This document shows, piece after piece, positions 28,787-42,721 of a DNA stretch of 64,000 nucleotides (position 1 is the first letter of the stretch; the number at the start of each line of letters is the position of its first letter). Below the pieces are notes generated by a model. The model did no database searches. It was not told where the DNA came from and saw only the letters and a program-made list of their open reading frames with translations. The DNA is taken from contig OZ024741.1 in NCBI GenBank assembly GCA_964016885.1, forward strand, positions 326,368,001 through 326,432,000, written 5' to 3'. The stretch comes from Eledone cirrhosa (lineage: Eukaryota). A program made the translations under genes and the position numbers.

Positions 28787-28790
<4 letters not shown>
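28159..28790. repeat. Near-perfect palindrome (about 293-bp arms, 3-nt loop) made of a Naiad-like pLTR
   Basis: Arms 28159-28451 and 28455-28747. The right end ATGACCCTCCCCAAGTATAACAATA matches the Naiad-like pLTR at 45231-45256. Decayed HHR CTGACGT-TGTTGCA..TGCAAC-GAAA near 28508. Confidence 0.85.
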
Positions 28791-28843
<53 letters not shown>

Positions 28844-29972
28844 AGTGCATATTATGTATGTATATGTCTGTTAGCGTAAGGATTATGGCTCGGGTTAGTC
28901 TTAGTGTGTAATTTAAATTTCCTACATATGCCATTTATTAGAAATATCTAATTATTTATCAGATTACATTGTGATAAAGATGGCCACCTTTGCTCTTTTC
29001 TAAGTGTATCCGAAGAAAGACCCCTGTTAACAGTATGTTTTCATATTGTTAATATTCCAATATGTATCTCATCAGATATTCCGGTCGTTCAACTCGTCCT
29101 TCCAACACCTAATTATTCTTCGTCTCCAGCACTCTCTCTCATTCCCCACCGTCTCTCATTTTCTCCCCCTTTCTTACTATCCCTCTCTCTCTCCATCCCT
29201 ATTTCTCTATATGTTTCTTCATTTCGTTATATCTAATCCTACATCTTATTCTCTCTTTCACTATATCTATCTCCCTAACACTACACCTCTCTCACTTTCT
29301 GAAACTGCCTGTCTTTACTATTCTCTTTTCAAATCACTCTCTCTGTTTTTCTCTCTCTTGCTGTTTCTCTATTCCTTTCTTTCGCTCTCATATTCACTCA
29401 CACTATCTCGCTCTCACACACCCATGATATTTATCTACCCCTCACACTCTCCCAATCTCTCCCACCGTCTCTCTACCACGTCTATCTATCTCATCGTCTC
29501 TCTCTACCTCTCTAACTGTTCCACCCTCTCCCTACCTCCTCTAACTCTGGTCTTTCCGAAGTTCTTTGTTATCTCCTCCTGGTATCTCTGCTGAACTATT
29601 TGTATCTTCACCGTTTGTTTATTTACTATATATGCTGCTGTTTTTGATGAGAAATTAATAATTACACTAATCCATCCGTGGGCCCTTAACTCCTGATTGA
29701 GTCCTAGAAGTATTTTAACCAAGGAGAGGTCATCCATCTCCAGGGTGAATAGAACCGTTAGTTTTCAGAAGATAGCGTGAGTGAGAATGACGGAGAGCGA
29801 ACGAGTAAGGAAGAGAGAGGGAGAGAGGGAGGGAGAGAGAGAATGTGTGTGTGTGCGTGAGAAAGAGAGAGAGAGAAGGTGTGGGTGTGCGCATGAAAAA
29901 GAGAGAGAGATAGAGAAAGAGAGAATTTGTGCGTGAGAAAGAGAGAGTGAGAGAGGATTTGTGTGTGTGCGT

Positions 29973-30041
<69 letters not shown>

Positions 30042-30741
30042 TGTGTGTGCATGTGCGGGAAAGAGAGAGAGAGAGAGAATGGGTGTGTATGTGCGTGAGA
30101 AAGAGAGAGGGAGAGAGAGAGAATGTGTGTGTGTGAGAAAGAGAGAGAGAGAGAGAAAGAGTGGAAGGGGAAAATAATTTGGAGGAAGTATCAACTCAAA
30201 CGCTGAACTCGTACTTTATTGATAACAACTCTGCTAATTAGCCTTTACGAACTTTACTAGCAGTAAATTTCATTTCATTTATCAATTATCTGTAGAAACG
30301 AAGTAGTTCAGCAGATATGGTATTGCTGTACTTACAAATATATCATGAACAACACACCCTCAGATTTTTTCCCGATATTTTAGGTTTAAGCAGAAATATT
30401 TTAAATCTAAACATACATTTCGATATTTGATCTTTGGGCAGAAATATTTTAAATTTAAATTTACATTTCGATATTTCATGTTTGGGTAGAAATATTTTAA
30501 ATTTTAACTTACTTTTTGAAATATGATGTTTGAGTGAAATGCAACAATAATGTCAATGCCGGGACACAGCGGTGCAAATACAAGGACTGCCTATCCACCT
30601 AGAAGGAATATTAATCACGATTTCACACTTCTTTTGCAGATGATTCATTGATTTGGAAGCGAATCTTTGTACTATATTTCTTCTATTTTGGCAGAGGAAA
30701 CGTCAGTAGATCTGATTAGTGATTGATACAATGTTGTAATA

Positions 30742-31310
30742 ATTGTTTCTACTTTTGGCACAAGGCCAGCAGTCATGCCAATGTATTACTGGTGCTTTAT
30801 CTTATTGACCACGTAAGGATGAAAGGCAAAGTTAATCTCGGCGGAATTTGAACTCAGAACGCACATGGCCATAACTCTACGCCGCTAAGCATGGTGTCCG
30901 ACGCTCTACCGATGCTGCCAATCTATCGCAATGGTTTCTGATTTAGGCACAAGGCCAACAAAGTTTGTCGATTAAAGAAAGTCGATTAAATTTACTTCAG
31001 TGCGTTACCGCTACTTTATTTTATTGACCCCGAAAATCAAAGCTAACACTGGCGGGATTTGAACTCAGAACGTAAATAACTGTAACGACATGCCTCAAGG
31101 AACTTTGTCCGACCCCTTATCCATACTGATTATCCACTGCCCTTATATTATTTAATATAATGTTAATAATTATTATAATATTCTCTGATTTAAGCACATA
31201 ACGAATACATTTTTGGGGAAGGGAAAATCGATTAAATTGGCCCCAGTGCATTACTGGTATTTTATCTTATTGACTCCTAAAGATAAAAAGCAAAACTAGC
31301 CTCGACTAGA
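30742..31310 (-). mobile_element. Three tandem MetaSINE-like tRNA-derived SINEs
   Basis: Repeated TTT.GGCACAAGGCC...TACTGGT..TTTAT.TTATTGAC...GGCGGAATTTGAACTCAGAACG. Confidence 0.75.
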
Positions 31311-32689
31311 TTTGGGTGGAAAGCTATACAGTCAATTTACTGCCCCCATTGCTATGCTATTGAAAGAAAAACCGGTGTTAGTCATACACCTATTCACCCT
31401 TAAATACTTCTCCGTCAGAAATATGTACATTTGTTCCAATATACGAATAGTTCGATTACTATACTGAACGTCTTAAGTCCCTACGTAGAATTTCTAATCG
31501 TAATTTGCTTATTGAAGTGCGATATTAAACATGTTTATAATTTATTTTTAGTCACCCATCACAGTAAAAATATCATTCAACGAAGAGAATTTTATGCAAA
31601 CCATGTTGTAATTTAATGCTGTATACTCTAGATGGCTTTCTCATAGGAAGGAAACTTGGGTTCCATCTCTAACAGTTTATGAGGACGTACAGGCGCCGTT
31701 TCCCGTTGGCACAAAGTAAACTTGGTTGTTGTTTTTTAGCTCAACATCGGCCGTGAACCTCTAAGATGGGATGCAGGATGGGATGCAATACAATTGTGCC
31801 CAGCTTCTATTTTTGTAAATCAGGAAATACATGGTCCAATTTATTCTTCATTTAAATGAGAGGAGGGCCAATTGACTGCTATTTCCAGTAGTTCGAAGAT
31901 GTGATACACGCCGTCCCCGCCTTAAAATGTAAATTTCTAGTTGAAGTTGTTACATTTCAATCCTTAATGCCCCAGGGCATATTATTTTCATTAAACCTAC
32001 ATTTAGTCACATTTATAGCAAATTATGGTCTACCTGTGTAGCTCTTAAATTATGCTAAATCATTAATAATAAATATTTGAATAATGTAAACAAATCAAGC
32101 ATAAAATTCCGAAAGGAATATAAAATATTTAAGAGATCTTTTGATCTTTCCTACTTTAAATGGTCAAATTTCGTGTGATACATGCTTAAAATATTTATTT
32201 ATTTCTCATTTATAATTTTTAAATTTTTATCTTAGTTATCTTTCATCTTTTAGGCATAAAATAATCATATTCAGAAAAATACAGATGAGTGCTGGCCTAT
32301 TTCACCATTAGGGGAAATGGAAATAAAACTAAAAAACTATGAAAGCAGAATGGTGATAATTAGAGTTATATTAAATATAGCGTGTGGAAAAGAAATATGT
32401 ATCGTTATCAGCAGATGTTTTTAGCACTTTAAATGTCCATAGAATTTATGTGTAACTAGGTTATACTTTCCTTTAATGGTCTCAACATTGTTTAAAAATA
32501 ATTTATAAAAATAATTCATAGAAATAATTTCGAGAATATACAAAGATAACCCCACAATAATTAATTTTCGATGAAGTCTTGTTTCGTTTTATTATACTGA
32601 TATTCTAATATTTTAATCAGTCATGTTTACACACATACATACATTTATATATAATTATGTATATTTATATCTATATATATCATGGAACA

Positions 32690-33266
32690 TTGGAACTCCC
32701 ATAATCTTTTTGAGAAATTTCGAATCTATGGCACAGGCTTAACAGTCAGGCGGGTGATGAACCATTTCCTAGAGGTCACTATTCCTTGAGGCAATGTTCA
32801 AGGAGAAAATGCATTTATTCCCAAGAGTTCTCTAATCCCTATCTTTACTGAACTGCCTTTCAAATTCTCAAGACTTCAGTTCCCTGTTAGAGACAGTTTT
32901 GCTATAACCATAAAGAACGCTCAGGGTTAGACTCTCAAAGTTGTAGGATTGAATATAAAAGAATCGGTTTATTCCCATGGACAACTATTTATAGGTTTTT
33001 CACGAGTAGGAACACCTAGAAATCTTTATATACCAAGCAAGAACGGTAAAACGAAGAATCTGGTATATCTGAAAGATTTTTCACTGTTTTTCTTGTCACA
33101 CACACGCACCCACACATGCATACACACACAGACACACACACACACCACGTTCTCGCTTCATACCTTCATACTGAAAACCATACAACGCATCCTATACAAA
33201 CGTTTTCTCTTCTCACGGTCTTATCTTAATATTTGTTTACCGGGCGAAGCTGAGTACCTCAACTAG
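32690..33266 (+). mobile_element. Helitron 3' end with decayed PIF1-like helicase C-terminus
   Basis: LPFKFSRLQFPV...NAQG*TLKVVGL...VYSHGQLFIGFSRVG; ends CCGGGCGAAGCTGAG...CTAG. Confidence 0.85.
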
Positions 33267-33639
33267 AATTTTAATTAAAGCCTGGCGGTAGATTGGCAGA
33301 ATCGTTGGAGCGTCGGACAACGAGGACGACATTCACGTTTTGGGCGTCGATAAATATTACCAATTCCAGAAATGGTTCAAACCTCGCTTCCTTCTACCAG
33401 AAATAGTGACAAAGCTACCTTTCCAGAAAATGCGTTCTAGTAACGACTATCCTTCTTCCTCATATCCTGCATATCTTGGGCTACATTAAGACGGTAGAAT
33501 GACAATCAAAGCAGACCGCGCTCTGCTTTGAACTCACAACGTAAAGTGATATAACTAAATACTTCAAAGTATTTCATACGTCACTTATTATTCTCCTGCT
33601 CTGAAGTCAATATTAATATTAATGCGAGATGGAATGGCA

Positions 33640-33735
33640 CTTCCAGCGCATCTCTTTTACCATCCTCTGGGGAAACGCCTTCTCCATTCTGTCCGCCGGG
33701 GCCTGTTGCGCGGCCAGCACGTGGGAGCCCATTTG
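33640..33735 (+). mobile_element. Short CRE LINE 3' fragment
   Basis: Reverse complement matches about 14465-14535 (GCCCCGGCGGACAGAATGGAGAAGGCGTTTC); encodes FQRISFTILWGNAFSIL. Confidence 0.7.
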
Positions 33736-34363
33736 CTCACAATAGAGAGAGATGGGGAGGGCGAGAGAGATGGAGGCGATGACAGTGGGAGTTCGGCTTT
33801 TTTTCCGTGTTCGGACACATTGTACCTGTCATGAGGATCATGTGATACTTTTGTTACCCTAACACCCTTCTCTATATTCGAAAATAAAAGACCTGATATT
33901 AATGATCAAATTAAAAGTGTTTTTTGCGCTCTGAGTACAAATCGCACCGAAGTCAATTTTAAATTCAGAGATAGATATATAAAAATCCCAGTTCAGTAGT
34001 GGAATTGACCATTTCCCTTCTGCATCTATTTCTATCCCCCACCCCTTTTCTTTCTTTCGAAGTAATCGTCTATATTCAGTACGAGAGAAGGACAAGATCC
34101 GCAAGGTCAAAAAACGCCCAAGCTGCATCGTGTATTACCAGGGCGCCATTACATCTCGGCGCCATTACAGTTCGGGGTAGGAAAGGAAGTTAAGTTGAAG
34201 TTCACATTAGGTTTGTATAATATATTCACTACGCCGTTTATCATTCTTCTTGAATTTTGATACAAACACAGAACCGACAATGGCGCAGTCCTCTCCCTGG
34301 TAGGAATATATATAGCCTGTTTTGTTTCTTTGTCTATAACATATAATAGTCCTTTTACATCCA

Positions 34364-34394
<31 letters not shown>

Positions 34395-34620
34395 CTTCTT
34401 CTTCTTCTTCTTCTTCTTCTTCTCATCATCATCACCATCTCTTTCTTTTCCCGTAATTGTACTGAGCATCACAAGTCCCGAATACTCTCACGGAGATGTC
34501 AAAACAAATAGAATGTGAACCGTCTTTTCTTATGAAAAGAATAAATGAATAAATATATAATATATGAATAAATATATGTACAAGTAAAGAAATTTAAAAC
34601 AGACACACACGCACACTCCT

Positions 34621-34685
<65 letters not shown>

Positions 34686-35055
34686 TACACAAACACACAC
34701 CCACTCAGACACACACGCACACTCCTTTTCTCTCCCTCTCAGACACATTCACAAACACTTTCTCTCTCACACGTACACGCACGGAGACACACAAACTCTC
34801 TCTCAGACAAGCACACACAAAATCACGAACAGATGCACACATAGAGGCTAAAATCACATACAAAGACAATAGCACACACACACACACACATACACTCAAA
34901 TACCAATGGATCAATTGATACTTCCCGCTTTTTGTTTGTTCACTATTCTGAGTTTTGATTGAATTCTAAACATATGTAAATAAGATTATGCTAATTCGTG
35001 TGTGAAAATCCATCAAATAATAAAACTGTTGTTCATTCTATACAGTATCAAATCA

Positions 35056-35101
<46 letters not shown>

Positions 35102-35168
35102 ATGTTCAATTTTTTTCTACTGTTTTCCTGCTTGAAATGGTGTTTATCTGCCCTTATCACCTCATGTT

Positions 35169-35256
<88 letters not shown>

Positions 35257-35260
<4 letters not shown>

Positions 35261-36402
35261 CTATTAATAATGAGCTCAAAACTCAGGCAGTCCTTTACAA
35301 TGAAATAGCTCAAAGAAAGAACTATTTCTGAGCCGTGTAATACAAGTTAATATAAATTAATATATTTGATAAACACAAATACCAACATATCTGTGTTTGT
35401 ATTGTAAATGACTAAGTTAGGTAGATTGAAAAATACTAATTATAATAATACAGTTTGCCTGTCTCAATTTAAAATAATAAATCAATAAAAACAAAGCATA
35501 TTGGCAAATGGCCGTGGTGCTTGGACAAATTTAAATTTCAAAATCAAACCTTGCTTGCTGAGGAGATCTAAATGCGGTATTCTTTCACTTTTTCATTTTT
35601 CGAAACTTATCTGGATTTTAAGGTTTAAACCTGTGTACGGAACAGGTTTGATTTTGAAATTTAAATTTGTCCAAGCACCATGGCCATTTGCCAATATGCT
35701 TTGTTTTTATTGATTTATTATTTTAAATCGAGACAGGCAAACTGTATTATTATAATTAGTATTTTTCAATCTAGCTAACTTAGTCATTTACAATAAAAAC
35801 ACAGATATGTTGGTATTTGTGTTTATCAAATATATTAATTAATATTAACTTGTATTACACGGCTCAGAAATACTTCTTTCTTTGAGCTATTTCATTGTAA
35901 AGGACTGCCTGAGTTTTGAACTCATTATTAATAGTATCACTGCTCCTTATTGTTGAGCTAACTTTAGCCCCATATAAACGGCTGTTATTTCTAGCAGCAC
36001 GAGTATGCAGCAACTAGACACTGGATAACCATGTGTGAAAAACCATGTGCGTTAAACAGTCTTTTTAAATATTTTGAAGTGAAACATACCAATTTTTCTA
36101 GTGCTTGCTGAGGAGATCTAAATGCGGTATTCTTTCACTTTTTCATTTTTCGAAACTTATTTGGATTTTAAGGTTTAAACCTGTCTACGGAACAGGTTTG
36201 ATTTTGAAATTTAAATTTGTCCAAACACCACGGCCATTTGCCAATATGCTTTGTATTTATTGATTTATTATTTTAAATCGAGACAGACAAACTGTATTAT
36301 TATAATTAGTATTTTTCAATCTACCTAACTTAGTCATTTACAATACAAACACAGATATATTGGTATTTGTGTTTATCAAATATATTAATTTATATTAACT
36401 TG

Positions 36403-36433
<31 letters not shown>

Positions 36434-36850
36434 ATGCATATAAATATATGTATATAAAACAGTCTTTTTAAATATTTTGAAGTGAAACATACCAATTTTT
36501 CTAGTGCTTGCTGAGGAGATCTAAATGCGGTATTCTTTCACTTTTTCATTTTTCGAAACTTATTTGGATTTTAAGGTTTAAACCTGTCTACGGAACAGGT
36601 TTGATTTTGAAATTTAAATTTGCTCAAACACCACGGCCATTTGCCAATATGCTTTGTATTTATTGATTTATTATTTTAAATCGAGACAGACAAACTGTAT
36701 TATTATAATTAGTATTTTTCAATCTACCTAACTTAGTCATTTACAATACAAACACAGATATGTTGGTATTTGTGTTTATCAAATATATTAATTTATATTA
36801 ACTTGTATATATATATATATATATATATATGTGTATGCATATAAATATAT
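35257..36850 (+). mobile_element. Tandem array of HHR-bearing non-coding units with an inverted partial copy at the left (pLTR- or retrozyme-like)
   Basis: HHRs at 35552-35677, 36101-36228 and 36504-36631 (last has a mutated cleavage triplet), spaced 550 and 403 nt. 35257-35550 is inverted. Same family as 13745-14158. Confidence 0.8.
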
Positions 36851-36889
36851 GTATATATATGTATATATGCACACATATATAGATATGTA

Positions 36890-37000
<111 letters not shown>

Positions 37001-37149
37001 TATATCCATATACATATATGCATGTGTGTGTCTGTGTGTGTGTGTGTGTGTGTGGGTGTGTGTCTCTATGTGTATGTAGATGTTTATATATGTTTTCCTG
37101 CTTGAAATGGTGTTTATCTGCCTTTAACTCCTTATGTTTCTCATGTTTG

Positions 37150-37194
<45 letters not shown>

Positions 37195-37243
37195 ATGTAT
37201 ATATATGTATGTATATTGATATATGTATGTATATGTATATATG

Positions 37244-37278
<35 letters not shown>

Positions 37279-38435
37279 TAAAATAACAGATTTTAGTCTT
37301 CAAATTTATTATTATTACTATATATATATATCCATATATATATATGCATGTGTGTGTCTCTGTGTGTGTGTGTCTCTCTATGGGAATGTATATGCTTATA
37401 TATTTATACATATATATATATACATGTTAACGCACCCGCATTTATCCATTCACTTCTCTCCTACATGCAGTCTGTCGCTCTGTCTGCCTGTCTGACGCTT
37501 TCTCTCTCCATACACATACACACAAATATATATATTAATGTCTGTATCTAACAAACTTTCAATCCACCAATCCATCTATCTAACTCAAAATATTTATCTC
37601 TTTTTGGCTCTCTTTTCACCTCTCTCCCTTCCCTCATTCCCCATTCTCCCCTTATTCTCCCTTCACCTCCCTCCTCTGTTTGTAACCTTCCTCCTTCTCT
37701 ACCCCGCTGTCTCTTAATGATTCTTTGTTCTTCATTATACTGTATTTGTTACATGTCAAAATCGGTATTAAAACAAGTGTAGCGGGAATCCCTATTTTGT
37801 AGGAAGAAAAATTGACTGGGACATGCCAAGAATTAGAATTTGGTAATAATAATATTCATAGTATTCAGTTCACGTTTCAATCTATGTTAGTTATTCATTG
37901 AAAAAAGAGAAGGCGGAAGAAAAACTGGTGAGGAAACGTGTAGTAACATTGAAGCGGAATCATTGAAAATTCCTGAAACAAAAATAAGATTGAAATCTTA
38001 ATCACATTGAACACCTTTATATAAATGGAATAAGTCACCCATCACGATAGCAATCCTTTATATATATATATATATTAAATAGTAACATATGGTTACACCG
38101 TATCTGATTGCATAGAATTAGTCTGTTAGTTGGGGTTTAAGAAAAAAGCATTTGAATGCAAAAGAAGAATATAGACGTACATAGTACAAGAACCAACATC
38201 TTTGGTTTGCCGGACCAATGTGTTATCATTAAACATTGTAACACATTGGTGCAGCAAAACCAAAGATGATGGTTCGTGTCCCATGTACGTCTATTTTCTT
38301 CTTTTGCATTCAGATGATTTTTTTAAAATCCCAACTAACAGACTAATTCTATGTAGACAAATACGGCGTAATAACTTGTTACTACCTAATTTTCAAATTC
38401 CCTAGCCGTTTGCAAACAAAGACTGCTTTGTGTCT

Positions 38436-38493
<58 letters not shown>

Positions 38494-38526
38494 AAATATA
38501 TATAAATATATATATATACATATAAT

Positions 38527-38652
38527 AACTGTTTCTACTTTAGGCACAAGGCCAGCAATTACCCAGTGCATTACTGGTACTATATTTTATCGAACCCGTA
38601 AGGATGAAAGGCAAAGTCAACCTCGACGGGATTTGAACTCTGATCGTAAAGG
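38527..38652 (-). mobile_element. MetaSINE-like SINE
   Basis: GGCACAAGGCC...TACTGGTACT..TTTTATCGA.CCC..AAGGATGAAAGGCAAAGTCAACCTCG.CGGGATTTGAACTC. Confidence 0.8.
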
Positions 38653-38706
38653 GACTGATATACAATAATATTAAATAAATGGAAACTATATTTATAAAAC
38701 CATATT

Positions 38707-38769
38707 TATTTTATTATATATATGTCAAGGGTACCAAAACACTTTGGTACGCTTTCTTCAGATAAAATA
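38707..38769 (-). ncRNA. HHR copy with GAAA-to-GACA core mutation, probably inactive
   Basis: Reverse complement of 41079-41141 except for one core base. Confidence 0.65.
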
Positions 38770-41078
38770 TAGTTTGTTTTATAAATAGAGACATACACAG
38801 GAAAATACACTGCATAGAAAAATACCAGAGATGACCGGTGGTTTATATCGTAATGATATGCTGCTTTTAATTGAAAATCATAGTAATTGTGAAATTAATA
38901 GGAAAAGAAAATCCATAATACAATTCTTCAATAACTACAACCTTAAGTTAGAAATAGAGAATAACTATAACATTGTTAACTTTTTAGACGTAACATTAAA
39001 CCTTAGCACACTAGGCTCTACTATCTCATAAAATTATTGAGAATATAAACTATGTAAATTTTAACTCTAATCATCCTAGATCTATCAAGAACACTATTGT
39101 CAATTGTGTACAACAACGTATTTCACAAATCTCCGCTAATAAAAACATTTTTGATGATAAGGCTGAATATTATAATGAAGCTTTAAATAGAGCAGGGTAT
39201 ATAAATGAGATTAAATACATCGACAACAATAATAAGGAAAATCATCCTACTATTAACTGTAATAATAATGAAATATTTAACTTAAACTCTAAAACTAACA
39301 GAAGAACGAGAACTAGAAATATTATTTGGTACACACCCCCATTCTCATTAAGCGTTAAAATATATTTAGCAAAGCTATTCTTTAAAGCACTAGATAAATA
39401 TTTTCCTAAAGCCCACAGATACCACTCATATATTTAACAGAGATACTATAAAACTCTACTACTCTACTACTATGAACATAGCACAAAATATAAGTATAAT
39501 TAATAATAGAAACTAAAATTTAAAACCTAACCAAAATAACCAAAATAGCAGTAATATTTCTAGCAATATCCAACCTAATAGTACCGTTCCGAGCAACAAC
39601 AACTCCGCAAAATGTAACTGTAGAATTAAATCAAACTGTCCTTTACAAAATAAGTGTTTAGATAAAAACGTGATCTATAAATGCACAGTTAAAACTAGTG
39701 ATAATATATTTAACTATGTCGGTGCCACTTCTACAGAATTTAAAATTCGTTGTAGTAACCACAATTTGTCTTTCCGAAGATTTGATAAAAAATCTTCAAC
39801 TTCTCTTTCAAACCTGATATGGAACTTAAAATGCAAGAATATAGACTATTCATTAACTTGGGAAACAGTCTCAGAAGTATCCGCGTACCGAAACACAGCT
39901 TTATCTAGATTCTGCAAATTGTGTATTGAGGACATTTTTTATATACTTAACTTTAAAAACTCTATTACTCTAAGAACGAACTTATTTAATTCTTGTAGAC
40001 ATAGCCAGAATTCAACATTCAGAACTATATATAAATTATAATTATGCTTATAATATTCCTATTAATCTCCATGACAATCTCATCTATTTGGTTTTAATAT
40101 ATTGATATCTCTAAATCATAATATTTCTAACATTTGCTATACTTCCACTTCTTAAAAATTCTAATTTTTTTAAATTTTAATTTTAATATTTTTTTTCTTT
40201 AAAAATTACTTATCTCTTAAAAAATTACGTAAAAAAAAAAATTTTTTTTAAATTTTCTCAAAACATTTTTTCAAAATATCTTTTTTCAAATTTTTTTTTT
40301 ATTTTTTCAATATTTTTTCAATATTTTTTCAATATTTTTTCAATATTTTTTCAATATTTTTTCAATATATTAATAACCACTAACTGATTCTGGCTAAACA
40401 TCCATACTTATTTTGACGAAATAGTCTCACACTAACGAATAAAGAAATAAAACCGGAGTTTTTTCCTTATCTTCCCTTTTCAATCATATAAATATAAATA
40501 TTCTTACTTAAATCAGTTAATTTAATTTAATTTAATTTAATTTAATTTTAGATCATTCTCAATTTTAAATACATATTTATTTACATAAAATAAATACAAA
40601 ACCAATATCCCTCATAACACATTAGAACAATTATCTATAACATGATATACCCACCTATTTATTTATTTATTTATCTACTTATAACAGAAAAAATATTATA
40701 TTATATAAACAAACAACTAATAATCTTAAAATATCCCTTTAATATAAATACGCATACTATTAAGATATATACTTACATATATACATAGATAATTGTTCGA
40801 ATATATTTCCCTCAAATTAACGTTATATGAGATTTTTTTAATTCATCTTCGCTTTTTTCCTTCTTTCTCTCTCTCACACTATTTATCCTTCTTCTCTTCT
40901 CTCTTCTCTCTCTCCATAGTCGTTTAAATAAACGGTTGTTTTTTAATTATTTACATATTCATTTGCATTTTCACCCATAAGTTTGAAAAATCCCTAATAC
41001 ATTTCCACTATCCAGCGAATATCCAACTGATAAGGTATGATTTTTCTGGGTATGTCCCTATTTATAAAACAAACTTTG

Positions 41079-41141
41079 TATTTTATCTGAAGAAAGCGTA
41101 CCAAAGTGTTTTGGTACCCTTGAAATATATATAATAAAATA
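41079..41141 (+). ncRNA. Type I HHR
   Basis: TATTTTAT-CTGAAGA-AAG-C-GTACCAAA gtgt TTTGGTAC-C-CTT-GAAA-TATATA-TA^-ATAAAATA. Confidence 0.88.
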
Positions 41142-41283
41142 AATATGGTTTTATAAATATAGTTTCCATTTATTTAATATCATTGAATTTTTACTCCAGG
41201 AACTTGTTGAGTGTTCTAAATCAGTTATAAACATTTATATTTATATTTGTCGGATTTCCAACAAATTAAATACCCCTTCTACT

Positions 41284-41371
<88 letters not shown>

Positions 41372-41439
41372 CAAGGGAAAGGTAATAAAGAAAAAAATTT
41401 AAGATAAATTTCAAAAAATTCACTGTACTTACTATATGT

Positions 41440-41520
41440 GCCTTTACCGCTGTTTCAGATCCCAAACAAATAAATAATCTAAGCTGATTTCCATTGATAA
41501 AGAGATCATCGTCAGAAGGC
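41440..41520 (-). ncRNA. Type I HHR within a rearranged pLTR-like unit (41367-41985)
   Basis: Minus strand GCCTT-CTGACGA-T-GATCTC...GGGATC-T-GAAA-CAGCGG-TA^-AAGGC. Confidence 0.75.
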
Positions 41521-41979
41521 TTTTCTCTCTCGGAGAATATAAAATTCCCGAGTTCAAAATACAAACTGGCGCCGTACAAAACTGCCCCAAATCAGAGTAA
41601 AGGAATGATGAAACAATTTTGTCTAGTACCCTGCGCAAAGAAAGAAAGCAAGGTGGACAGGTCAATCTCTTGCTACTAAAAATAGCAGCCGTTCAAATGA
41701 CCAAAGGTTTCTCTACCGTTGGGAGAATAATAATAAAAGTATGTGTTCCTACATGTAAATAATACACATAGGGCTACAAGTATAGGCGGTAAAGGCACAT
41801 ATAGTAAGTACAGTGAATTTTTTGAAATTTATTTAAACATTTTTCTTTATTTGCTTTCCCTTGATTTTTATATGTTCTGGCTCGTTAATTTATTAACTTG
41901 CCATTAAACCACACTGGCATAGGGTCGGACTATACTTGTATCCCTATGTGTATTATTTACATGTAGGAACACATACTTT

Positions 41980-42061
<82 letters not shown>

Positions 42062-42074
42062 ATGTATATATATA

Positions 42075-42117
<43 letters not shown>

Positions 42118-42120
42118 ATA

Positions 42121-42706
42121 TAGCGAGGGCCTATGCCTCCGTTAATTTATCGTGATATTTCGCTCCTAATAACAGTCTTTCCCAACTCTGTTTGGTTGAG
42201 CACACTTCTCTGAGTGGCTTTGGGCTGCCCTTTCTAGCAGTTCGTCCCTCAGAGGCCACTGGTTTACTGTCCTTAAACACGCTGTAACTCTTCTCTCCCA
42301 CGTGTAGCTGGACAGCCACTTTTAAAATTATCTTAGTGTTGTCTGAAATGTATAGCCTTACACACGCTGATGAACCGAGGCTAACCCATTTCTTTCAACA
42401 AATTTCTAGTGAAACATATCTTTGGATTAGTATCTTTGGATTTGTACGTGTGTTATAGTTATAGAGGAATTTATTTACGCTTTAATTTATATTTTTAATT
42501 ATCGTGTCTATAGTCTGCCTTTCATAGGTTATAGATTCCATACACTGGTGGGTTTTTTCCCTGTTTTATTGATAGCGCACTGTATATCTCTCTCTGGTGT
42601 GTTACCTTTTCAACATATTGTAGTTTAAAGAGCTCAGGATTTCTTCTCCTTTGAGCACATTATTTACAGGGGATAGCGAGGGCCTATGCCTCCGTTAATT
42701 TATCGT
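42121..42706 (+). mobile_element. Retrozyme-like 553-nt unit with a 33-nt terminal direct repeat
   Basis: TAGCGAGGGCCTATGCCTCCGTTAATTTATCGT at 42121 and 42674; HHR inside; flanked by TA-rich microsatellite. Confidence 0.65.
42361..42452 (+). ncRNA. Type I HHR
   Basis: CACACG-CTGATGA-AC..GAGG...TTTC..GT-GAAA-CA...TG-TA^-CGTGTG; stem I perfect, stem II imperfect. Confidence 0.7.
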
Positions 42707-42721
42707 AATATATATATATAT

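Larger units (their letters stand above)
38665..41285 (+). mobile_element. 5'-truncated Hydra-like PLE with inverted pLTR at the 5' end (38665-38805)
   Basis: GGLYRNDML (RT), VNFLDVTLNL, SNHP, IIWYTPP, CNCRIKSNCPLQNKCL, YVGATSTEFKIRCSNH, CKLCIE, CRH; pLTR about 41040-41285. Confidence 0.88.

Noticed and set aside
23030-36850. CRISPR-like arrays at 23.0-23.9 kb and 35.5-36.8 kb
   Set aside because: Whole units are repeated with no unique spacers, there are no cas genes, and the context is eukaryotic.
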